A stretch of DNA of 64,000 nucleotides from Candidatus Aminicenantes bacterium (GTDB lineage Bacteria; Acidobacteriota; Aminicenantia; Aminicenantales; UBA4085). This document shows, piece after piece, positions 26,538-33,741 of this stretch (positions are counted from its first letter, which is position 1; the number at the start of each line of letters is the position of its first letter). A program made the position numbers and the translations under genes. The notes beneath the pieces were generated by a model. That model searched no databases, was not told where the DNA came from, and was given only the letters and a program-made list of their open reading frames with translations. The DNA lies in the NCBI GenBank assembly GCA_026393865.1, contig JAPKZI010000234.1, positions 288 through 64,287 on the forward strand. Reading direction: 5' to 3'.

Positions 26538-26566
26538 ATTTTATAGGGGAAGAGCGTATTCGTCAA
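26538..26566 (-). promoter_or_regulatory. Putative sigma70 promoter (TTGACG-17-TAAAAT) for the signalling cassette
   Basis: The plus strand reads atttta (26538-26543) and cgtcaa (26561-26566) with a 17-nt spacer. A GAGGA RBS lies 5 nt before the ATG at 26496. Confidence 0.35.
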
Positions 26567-26638
26567 ACGGGGACGGGGCGAGGGGGAGGATTCCCCCGAG
26601 GGTCGACCCCGGACCGAAGGGTGTGGCTTCGCCTGTTT

Positions 26639-28045
26639 TCAGAGGAACGGCAGGTAGCGCCCGATCTCATAATCGCTGACCTGCTTGTCGAACTCCGAGC
26701 CGACGGTCTTCATGTAATCCGCGATCTCTTCCCGCTTGTTGGCGATGAACTTGGCGAAGATGTGTTCGCCGAGCGTCTCGCGGACGAGGACGCTTTTTTC
26801 GGCGAGCTTGACCGCCTCGTCCAGGTTCCGGGGGAGGGTCTGGATGCTGAACTTCTTCTGCCGGGCGTTGCTCATGTGATAGATGTTCTCTTCGACGGCG
26901 GGCGGCAGAGGGAATTTCTCCCGGATGCCCTCGAGACCGGCGGCGAGCATGACGGCGAAGGCGAGATAGATGTTGCAGCCGGGATCGGGCGAGCGCAGTT
27001 CGATGCGGGTCGCGTTTTCCTTGCCGGGTTGATAGCGGGGGACCCGGATGTAGGCCGACCGGTTCCTCTGCCCCCAGGCGATATAGACCGGGGCTTCGTA
27101 TCCTTCGATGAGCCGTTTGTAGGAGTTCACCCACTGGCTGAAGACCGCGGACGCTTCGCGGGCGTGTTTGATCAATCCCGAGATATAGGCCCGGGCCGTG
27201 TCGGACAGATGATGGGCCCCGGCGGGATCGAAGAAGGTGTTTTTGTCGTCCTTCCAAAGCGATTGATGGACGTGCATCCCGCTCCCGTTCTGGCCGTTGA
27301 TGGGCTTGGGCATGAACGTCGCGTACAGGCCGTGCATCCGGGCCACGCGCTTGACCATGTAGCGGAAGAGCATGCCGATATCGGCCATATCGAGAGCGCC
27401 GGTAAAACGGAGGTCGATCTCGTGCTGGCCGTGGGCGGCCTCGTGGTGATCGTATTCCGAAGGGATGCCCATCTTCTTCAGGAGAATCTGGATCTCCTTG
27501 CGAACCTCGCCGTGCCGGCCGGAGAAGAAATAGCCGCCCGAATCGAGCGGGACGGGCTCGTGGTCGTTGGCGAAAAGGAAAAACTCGAGTTCGGGCCCGA
27601 CCTTGAGATCGTCGAATCCGAAATCCTTGTTGGCTCGGAGGAGGACCTGTTTGAGACGGTAGCGCGAATCGCCTTCGTAATGCGTCCCGTCCGGCATCAG
27701 GATATCCCCGAACATCACCGCCTCGCGCCAGGATGTCTCCTCGGCGAACCCTCGGTATTCCCAGGGCAGGACCCGGAAGGTCTTGGCGTCGGGCTTGATG
27801 TTGAGATCGCTTTCTTCGATCCGGACGAATCCCTCGACCGAGGACCCGTCGAATCCCTTGCCGTCGCGGAAAGCCTTTTCGAGCTCCGCGCTGGGGAACG
27901 AGAAATCCATCGGCCGCCCCAGGATGTCGGGGAAAATGACCCGGACGAACTCGATCTTGCGGGCCGGGTCGAGGACTGCTTTCAGGACTTCTTCTTCGCT
28001 CGTAAATCCGAAATTCTTATGCGAAGGATCGCTCGGGTAATACAT
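26639..28045 (-). CDS. glnA: Glutamine synthetase, type I
   Basis: 468 aa with a beta-grasp N-domain (FVRVIFPDILGRPMDFSF) and catalytic-domain motifs (KPINGQNGSGMHVHQSLW, NRSAYIRVP, RIELRSPDPGCNIYL). Confidence 0.9.
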   Translation of the reverse strand: MYYPSDPSHKNFGFTSEEEVLKAVLDPARKIEFVRVIFPDILGRPMDFSFPSAELEKAFRDGKGFDGSSVEGFVRIEESDLNIKPDAKTFRVLPWEYRGFAEETSWREAVMFGDILMPDGTHYEGDSRYRLKQVLLRANKDFGFDDLKVGPELEFFLFANDHEPVPLDSGGYFFSGRHGEVRKEIQILLKKMGIPSEYDHHEAAHGQHEIDLRFTGALDMADIGMLFRYMVKRVARMHGLYATFMPKPINGQNGSGMHVHQSLWKDDKNTFFDPAGAHHLSDTARAYISGLIKHAREASAVFSQWVNSYKRLIEGYEAPVYIAWGQRNRSAYIRVPRYQPGKENATRIELRSPDPGCNIYLAFAVMLAAGLEGIREKFPLPPAVEENIYHMSNARQKKFSIQTLPRNLDEAVKLAEKSVLVRETLGEHIFAKFIANKREEIADYMKTVGSEFDKQVSDYEIGRYLPFL

Positions 28046-28078
28046 TCATGGCCTCCTCATCGGATGTTTATGAACTAT

Positions 28079-28155
28079 TAAATACAGATAAAAAAGATGA
28101 ATGTCAATAAATAATTAACTAAATATTGACAAATGTTGTTATTTATCAATAATAT
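28079..28155. promoter_or_regulatory. AT-rich divergent promoter region for glnA (minus) and lrp/asnC (plus) with palindrome TGTCAATA-N14-TATTGACA
   Basis: tgtcaata (28102-28109) and tattgaca (28124-28131) are exact inverted repeats, and each contains a TTGACA -35 box. On the plus strand, TTGACA (28126-28131) is followed after 18 nt by TAATAT (28150-28155). On the minus strand, TTGACA (28107-28102) is followed after 17 nt by TATTTA (28084-28079). Confidence 0.45.
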
Positions 28156-28175
28156 GAAAACATGGAGGATCGCCC

Positions 28176-28619
28176 ATGATTGACGAACTCGACAAAAAGA
28201 TCATCCGGGTCATGAACCAAAACGCGCGAAAAAGCTTTCGCGAAATCGCCAAGGAGGTGGGGACGTCCGTGACCGCGGTCATTCAGACCGTGAAAAAACT
28301 GGAGGATCTGGGAGCCATCAAGGGCTATGTTCCGATCATCGATCCGCGGCATTTCGGACTGGACATGACCGTCGCGATCGCCCTCCGCATCTCTCAAGGC
28401 AAGCTCATCGAGACCCAGAAAAAGATCGCCGAGGACCCCCACGTGGCCGCGGTATACGACATCACCGGCGAATGGGACTCGCTCGTCATCGCCCATTTCC
28501 GGGGCCGGGACGACCTGAACACGTTCCTCAAAAAGCTGAACACCCTGCCTTGCGTCGACCGGACCGTAACCCATCTCGTGCTCAACACGGTCAAGGACGA
28601 GCGGCGCCTGTTCGTCTAA
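28176..28619 (+). CDS. Lrp/AsnC-family transcriptional regulator
   Basis: 147 aa with an N-terminal HTH (LDKKIIRVMNQNARKSFREIAKEVGTSVTAVIQTVKKLEDLGAIKGY) and a C-terminal RAM/ACT-like domain. Confidence 0.85.
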   Translation: MIDELDKKIIRVMNQNARKSFREIAKEVGTSVTAVIQTVKKLEDLGAIKGYVPIIDPRHFGLDMTVAIALRISQGKLIETQKKIAEDPHVAAVYDITGEWDSLVIAHFRGRDDLNTFLKKLNTLPCVDRTVTHLVLNTVKDERRLFV

Positions 28620-28629
28620 AAAATCGTTC

Positions 28630-28657
28630 TTGACACCCCCCCCGTTTATGCCATAAT
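28630..28657 (+). promoter_or_regulatory. Putative sigma70 promoter (TTGACA-16-CATAAT) for the AdoMet decarboxylase gene
   Basis: ttgaca lies at 28630-28635 and cataat at 28652-28657. A GGAGG RBS precedes the ATG at 28681. Confidence 0.4.
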
Positions 28658-28680
28658 TGATTTTTTGAACGGAGGTCACC

Positions 28681-29127
28681 ATGCCCAAAAAAAAATACGT
28701 CCCCGTCGGACATCACTACATCGTCGAGGCGTCCGGATGCAATCCGAAGGTCATCCGCAGTGTCGAGAAGGTCCAGGACATCCTGGTGAAGGCCGCCGAG
28801 ATCTCCGGGGCCAAGGTCTGGGCGATCTCCTTCAGCAAGTTCCCGCCGAGCGGCGTGAGCGGCGTCGTGGTGATTTCCGAATCGCACATCTCGACCCATA
28901 CCTGGCCGGAGATGCGCTATGCCGCGCTGGACATCTACACCTGCGGCAGCCACGTCGATCCCGAAAAAGCTGTCGTTTATGCCGTCGAGAAGTTCGGCGC
29001 CTCCACGTCGCATATCACCGAGATCACGCGCGGTATCGACGAGGGCGACTGGAAATTCTATCATAGCTTCATCACCTGGGAGGAAAATTTCCAGGAGCAC
29101 TTGAATAACAAATCCGCTAAGAAATGA
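28681..29127 (+). CDS. speH: S-adenosylmethionine decarboxylase proenzyme (pyruvoyl, class 1)
   Basis: 148 aa with the self-cleavage/active-site motif VISESHISTHTWPE characteristic of bacterial/archaeal AdoMetDC. Confidence 0.85.
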   Translation: MPKKKYVPVGHHYIVEASGCNPKVIRSVEKVQDILVKAAEISGAKVWAISFSKFPPSGVSGVVVISESHISTHTWPEMRYAALDIYTCGSHVDPEKAVVYAVEKFGASTSHITEITRGIDEGDWKFYHSFITWEENFQEHLNNKSAKK

Positions 29128-29248
29128 CCGCCCGCCGGGTTCTTGTCGCCTGTAAAAAATAATTACAAAAAGTAAACCGCGGATTTTGATTCCCCGTCTC
29201 TTATCCGATCATTTTATCCGGCCGTCTCTGTCAGGCTCCGGCCATTTT

Positions 29249-29264
29249 TGGCACAAAATGTGCT
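29249..29264 (+). promoter_or_regulatory. Putative sigma54 (-24/-12) promoter TGGCAC-AAAAT-GTGCT
   Basis: tggcacaaaatgtgct has GG (29250-29251) and GC (29262-29263) separated by exactly 10 nt. It lies 24 nt upstream of the M1 peptidase start. Confidence 0.5.
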
Positions 29265-29287
29265 TTTCAATGAGGACGTGAGCCGGA

Positions 29288-31948
29288 GTGATGAAACTGA
29301 CGTCATGGTTCGTCATCTGTTATAATAATAAGGTGAAAGGAACCGTCCGTAACCTTTTATGGGCCTGCGCGGCGGCCGTCCTCCTGGGCCTTCCCCTTTC
29401 CGGACAGACCGTCGACGACCTCCTGACCGGCCTCCAAGGATCGTTCGCTTCCAAGGACGTGGCCGCGTATGCCGGCGTGTTCAGTCCTGAAATCCGGGAG
29501 CGGGAGAGCGCCGCCATGTCCACCTATCTGAACAAGTGGCGGATGAACCAGGTCCTGTTCCATCGGGCCACCCGCGACCCCGACAAGGAAGGTGAACCCG
29601 GGATCTTTCTTCAGGTCTTTTTCCAGAACGACGATTCGGCCGTGCTCGAGATCTGGCGCGTCACGTTCGCCAAGGCCGGGGATGGATGGCGGATCCGGAC
29701 CAAGGAAGTGATGGGGAATATCACCGCCCTGTACAAGATCCGCATCCCCTCCGGGCGCGTCGAACGGGCCGCCCGGGTCGAGATCCGGCATCAGGACATC
29801 CTCATCACCTTCCAAGACGCTTGGATCTTCCATGACAATATCGAGGACCAGGAGACGGCCCTTGTCGTCATCGGCCGGGGACAGTTCCATTTCTCGCCCT
29901 CGAGCGATACCGAGAAGCACCAGCTTGAGCTCCGCTACAGGAAGAATTTCATCCAGGACTCTCTCGAATACGGCTATTTCCGTTTTTCCGACTCCTTCTT
30001 CCGGAGCCATATCACGATCGACAAAGCCCCGCCGGAGAAGACCCCGACGCTCTCCCAAGCCGACTCCAACCGGGCCTATTCGTTGTTCACCCGCTATTAT
30101 CCCAACTCGTTCACGATCGAGAATTCGTTGACGGGCGGCCGCCTTTCGTTCATCCCGCGGGGCGACCAGGCCGTCTTCGAGTTGAAGGGCAAGAAGACGG
30201 GCGATGTGGCCTATATCTATTCGCCGTTCTCCGACGACGAGATCCACTTCGTCGGCCGCAATCCCGATCAGGTCATCAACCTCTATACGCCCGAGATCAA
30301 GGGCGAGGAAGGCCTGAAATCGTTTTTCGTCTCCTTCGGGGAGAAATTCGACGTCCGGCGCTGCGACGTGGAGGTGGATTTCCAGCCGGATAAGCGCTAT
30401 CTCTCGGCCCGGGCCCGGATCGAGGTCAGCGCTCAGATCGACGCCGTCGAAAACCTGAAATTCAACTTCCACCCTGACTTCGAGATCCTCCGGATCTACG
30501 ACCAGGACGGCCGCGAGCTCTTCTATACTTTGGACAAGCAGCGCAAGCTCCTCTATATCTATTTCATCAAGCCCCTCGAAAAGAACGCCACGGGCGCGAT
30601 CGAGATCTACTATCGCGGAGCGATCGAGCCGCCCGGACTGATCCAGGACGTCATCTCCGGCGGCCAGTACAACGAGACGATCTCCTTCACCGAACCCCGC
30701 TACGACACGTTCTTATACAGCCAGTCGGCCTATTGGTATCCCCAGCCGGCGGAGGAAGACTACTTCCTGGCCAGCCTCCATTTCAGCATTCCCCCGGGAT
30801 ACACCTGCATCGCCAACGGGGAACTGGTCGAACAGGGGCGGCTCGAGGCGGTCCGACGCGTCATGACCCTCGAAAAAGTCGGCAACGCCCTCTATCACTT
30901 CGAGACCAAATTCCCCGTCAAATACCTGTCCTTCCTCGTCGGACGGCTCGACCGGATATCCAACGGCAACGGAGGCGGTCCGATCGGCATCCAGGGCTAT
31001 GTGGCTTCGGAGATCCGCGCCCAACGAAAAGGCCTGGTCGAGGATGCTCGAGCGATTGTCCAGAACTACTCGGCCTGGTTCGGCCCGTTCCCCTATGAGA
31101 AGCTGGATATCGTCCAGCGTCTCTGGCCGACGACCGGAGGCCATAGCCCGGCCTCCTTCATCGTCTTGAACGAACTGCCCCGGATCCCCAACGCTCCTCC
31201 TCTGGTCACGGCGAACAGCCCGGTGGACATGCCCCGCTTTCGTGAATATTATCTCGCCCACGAGATCGCCCATCAATGGTGGGGTCAGGCCGTGACCTGG
31301 GAACGTTATCGGGACCAATGGCTCAGCGAGGGACTGTCCCAGTTCGCGGCCGCGCTTCATGTGAGGGCGAAGTTCGGCGAAGAGGCTTACGCGGGCATCC
31401 TCAAGAAATTCTCGCAGTGGACCGAGCGCCTGGCCGATTGGGGGCCGATCACTCTGGGGTCGCGTCTGAGCTACCTCAATTTCGACGCGTACCAGGCCAT
31501 CGTCTATGACAAGGCGACGGTCGCCCTCAACATGCTCCGCGACCTCATCGGCGAGGAGGCGTTTTTCAGGGGCCTGCGCGGCTTCTTCGAGAAATATAAA
31601 TATCGCCCGGCCCGGACGAACAATTTCATCCAGGCCATGGAGCAGACTTCGGGCCGGGACCTCCAAGCTTTTTTCAAAGGCTGGTTCGATACGCACGTCC
31701 TTCCCGAAATTGATACCGCGCACGAGATCTTGAAGCGGGGCGACGCTTACATCGTGAAAATCCGGGTCAACCAGACCCGGGGCAATTTTGTCTTTCCGCT
31801 CTGGGTCCAGTGGGAGGAGAACAAGAAGACGGTCCGGAAGATGATGGAGATCGGCGCGGCGACCCAGGAATTCGAATTTCCGGCGGCATTCCGCCCGGCC
31901 AAGATCAAGATCAATCCCGACAAGCTTGTCCCGGGCAACTTCAAATAA
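29288..31948 (+). CDS. Exported M1-family zinc aminopeptidase with long N-terminal extension
   Basis: 886 aa with HEIAHQWWG (HExxH) followed by WLSEGLSQF (third ligand Glu). It has a signal-like segment LLWACAAAVLLGLPLSG. The track start is GTG at 29288, with ATG at 29291; the true start is uncertain. Confidence 0.8.
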   Translation: MMKLTSWFVICYNNKVKGTVRNLLWACAAAVLLGLPLSGQTVDDLLTGLQGSFASKDVAAYAGVFSPEIRERESAAMSTYLNKWRMNQVLFHRATRDPDKEGEPGIFLQVFFQNDDSAVLEIWRVTFAKAGDGWRIRTKEVMGNITALYKIRIPSGRVERAARVEIRHQDILITFQDAWIFHDNIEDQETALVVIGRGQFHFSPSSDTEKHQLELRYRKNFIQDSLEYGYFRFSDSFFRSHITIDKAPPEKTPTLSQADSNRAYSLFTRYYPNSFTIENSLTGGRLSFIPRGDQAVFELKGKKTGDVAYIYSPFSDDEIHFVGRNPDQVINLYTPEIKGEEGLKSFFVSFGEKFDVRRCDVEVDFQPDKRYLSARARIEVSAQIDAVENLKFNFHPDFEILRIYDQDGRELFYTLDKQRKLLYIYFIKPLEKNATGAIEIYYRGAIEPPGLIQDVISGGQYNETISFTEPRYDTFLYSQSAYWYPQPAEEDYFLASLHFSIPPGYTCIANGELVEQGRLEAVRRVMTLEKVGNALYHFETKFPVKYLSFLVGRLDRISNGNGGGPIGIQGYVASEIRAQRKGLVEDARAIVQNYSAWFGPFPYEKLDIVQRLWPTTGGHSPASFIVLNELPRIPNAPPLVTANSPVDMPRFREYYLAHEIAHQWWGQAVTWERYRDQWLSEGLSQFAAALHVRAKFGEEAYAGILKKFSQWTERLADWGPITLGSRLSYLNFDAYQAIVYDKATVALNMLRDLIGEEAFFRGLRGFFEKYKYRPARTNNFIQAMEQTSGRDLQAFFKGWFDTHVLPEIDTAHEILKRGDAYIVKIRVNQTRGNFVFPLWVQWEENKKTVRKMMEIGAATQEFEFPAAFRPAKIKINPDKLVPGNFK

Positions 31949-32022
31949 ACTCCGCCGGATTTTGCCGCCCTTCCGTCCTTGCCTTACAATAAAAAGCACG
32001 GCCTGTGGTATTAAAGGCTGGC

Positions 32023-32129
32023 CTCGTCAAGGGACGAGCCTTCGGCTCGCCACTCGCCCGTGGTTTGTATCCACGGGCGAGTACGGCGGAAGTGGACGCC
32101 CGGGCAATGCCCGGGGCCCCCGCCGCCGT
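32023..32129 (+). other. Cluster of GC-rich stem-loops in an intergenic region (possible terminator stack or structured RNA)
   Basis: H1 is ctcgtc/gacgag (32023-32038). H2 is cgagcc/ggctcg (32035-32049) and shares its 5' arm with the 3' arm of H1. H3 is an 11-bp stem ctcgcccgtgg/ccacgggcgag (32053-32081). H4 is cccgggc/gcccggg (32099-32115), nested inside H5 acggcgg/ccgccgt (32083-32129). Confidence 0.5.
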
Positions 32130-32132
32130 GGA

Positions 32133-32162
32133 TTGACAGGGATTCGGCCCGAGGACTATAGT
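32133..32162 (+). promoter_or_regulatory. Putative sigma70 promoter (TTGACA-18-TATAGT) for the sigma54 response-regulator gene
   Basis: ttgaca lies at 32133-32138 and tatagt at 32157-32162. The ATG is at 32182. Confidence 0.4.
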
Positions 32163-32181
32163 CTTTTTAGGGAATGCGAGG

Positions 32182-33573
32182 ATGCCGGCAGCGACAATAA
32201 AAGAAGATCGGGCGGATGGCCATGAGATCGTTTCGCCGGCCTCTCTGCGCGTTCTCGTGGTCGATGATGAGCTCAACATCCGCAGGACCCTCACGATCTG
32301 CCTCGAATCGGACGGCCATCGGGTCACGTCCGTCGCCAACGTCCAAGACGCCCTGGCGGAGGCCTCGCGACGGAGCTTCGATTTGGCCTTCGTGGATATC
32401 CGGCTGGGGACGGAGGACGGCCTCGATCTGATCCCGGCCCTGCGGGCGACGGCGCCCTGGCTGAAGATCATCATCATCACCGCGTACGCCTCCATCGATT
32501 CGGCCATCGAAGCCATGCGGCGCGGCGCGACCGATTACATCCCGAAGCCGTTCACACCCGCTCAGATCCAACTGGCCGTCCGAAAGGCCTTCGAGATGCG
32601 GACGCTCGAACAGCGGGTGGCCAGCCTTCAGGAGGATCTCGGCCGGGCCCATCCCGAGATCGATTTTTCGAGCGCTTGTCCGGCCATGCAGCGGGCGGTG
32701 AATCTCGCCCGCCAGGCGGCCGCGTCCGACGCGACGATCCTTCTGCGCGGGGAGAGCGGGACCGGAAAAACCTTCCTGGCCAGGGCGATCCATGCATGGA
32801 GCCGCCGGGCGGAGAAGACCCTTGGGGTCGTTTCCTGTCCCTCCTTTTCCCGGGAGCTCTTGGAAAGCGAGCTTTTCGGGCATGTGAAAGGGGCCTTTAC
32901 CGGCGCCGTCCGCGACAATCCCGGCCGCCTCGCCGCCTGCGAGGGCGGGACGCTGTTCCTGGACGAGATCAGCGACCTTCCTCTAGCCTTGCAACCGAAA
33001 CTGCTTCGCTTCGTCCAGGACAAGGAATACGAGCGCGTCGGCGAGGCCGTGCCGCGCAAGGCCGAGGTGAGACTGATCGCCGCCACGAATATCGTCCTGG
33101 AGAAAGCGGTCAAGGAAGGCCGGTTCCGGGAGGACTTGTATTATCGGATCAACGTGATCCAGATCGAGATCCCGCCCCTGCGCGAGCGTCCAGAGGATGT
33201 GGTCACCCTGGCCGGGCGTTTGCTGGCCTTTCACGGCCGGAACAATCACCGGCTGGACCTGGCCTTCACGAACGAGGCGCTCGAAGCGCTCCGCCGGCAT
33301 GCTTGGCCGGGAAACGTGCGCGAACTGAGCAACGTAGTGGAACGGGCGGCCATCCTGTGCCGGACAAACCGGATCGGAATCGAAAGCCTCCCCGCCGTTC
33401 TTGTGCCCGGCGACGCCGCGCCGAAGATCGGCGATCCGGTGACGCTCGAGCGGATCGAGGAAGAGCACGTCCGTCGCGTCCTGGCCGGCGCGAGATCGCT
33501 TCAAGAAGCGGCGGACATCCTCGGCATCGACCAAGCCACCCTCTGGCGGCGCCGAAAAAAATACGGCCTCTGA
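32182..33573 (+). CDS. Sigma54-dependent response regulator (REC + AAA+ EBP + Fis-type HTH)
   Basis: 463 aa with a REC domain (VLVVDDE...DLAFVDIRL), Walker A GESGTGKT, the GAFTGA sigma54-contact motif, and a C-terminal HTH (AADILGIDQATLWRRRKKYG). Confidence 0.9.
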   Translation: MPAATIKEDRADGHEIVSPASLRVLVVDDELNIRRTLTICLESDGHRVTSVANVQDALAEASRRSFDLAFVDIRLGTEDGLDLIPALRATAPWLKIIIITAYASIDSAIEAMRRGATDYIPKPFTPAQIQLAVRKAFEMRTLEQRVASLQEDLGRAHPEIDFSSACPAMQRAVNLARQAAASDATILLRGESGTGKTFLARAIHAWSRRAEKTLGVVSCPSFSRELLESELFGHVKGAFTGAVRDNPGRLAACEGGTLFLDEISDLPLALQPKLLRFVQDKEYERVGEAVPRKAEVRLIAATNIVLEKAVKEGRFREDLYYRINVIQIEIPPLRERPEDVVTLAGRLLAFHGRNNHRLDLAFTNEALEALRRHAWPGNVRELSNVVERAAILCRTNRIGIESLPAVLVPGDAAPKIGDPVTLERIEEEHVRRVLAGARSLQEAADILGIDQATLWRRRKKYGL

Positions 33574-33701
33574 GCGTTTCTCTACCTCCTATCTTGCAAG
33601 ATGAAAGGGTCTTTTTTCCAGTTCTTGCGATTTTCAAGGCGCGGATTTTGAATATAAACTGTAATCTATTTATTATCAATAGGATAAGATGAATTTCTAA
33701 T

Positions 33702-33717
33702 TGGCATAATTCGTGCA
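33702..33717 (+). promoter_or_regulatory. Putative sigma54 (-24/-12) promoter TGGCAT-AATTC-GTGCA upstream of the kinase-kdp operon
   Basis: tggcataattcgtgca has GG (33703-33704) and GC (33715-33716) separated by 10 nt, 25 nt upstream of the ATG at 33742. A perfect 12-bp palindrome ATCTTGCAAGAT (33591-33602) and a related TTCTTGCGATTTTCAAG lie about 80-110 bp upstream, where EBP sites are expected. Confidence 0.55.
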
Positions 33718-33741
33718 AAGAATCCGGCCAGGGAGAAAAAA

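Noticed and set aside
25718-28081. 787-aa plus-strand ORF spanning the kinase/DRTGG genes and glnA. Comparable ORFs occur at 38363-39967, 39936-41021, 43380-44444, 49775-51151, 53126-55249, 60210-62312 and 62443-63897.
   Set aside because: These have the same shadow-ORF signature. Each is antisense to a gene with strong family motifs (glnA, kdpB, kdpD-N, EBP, GspE, secretin, LutBA, prolyl oligopeptidase).
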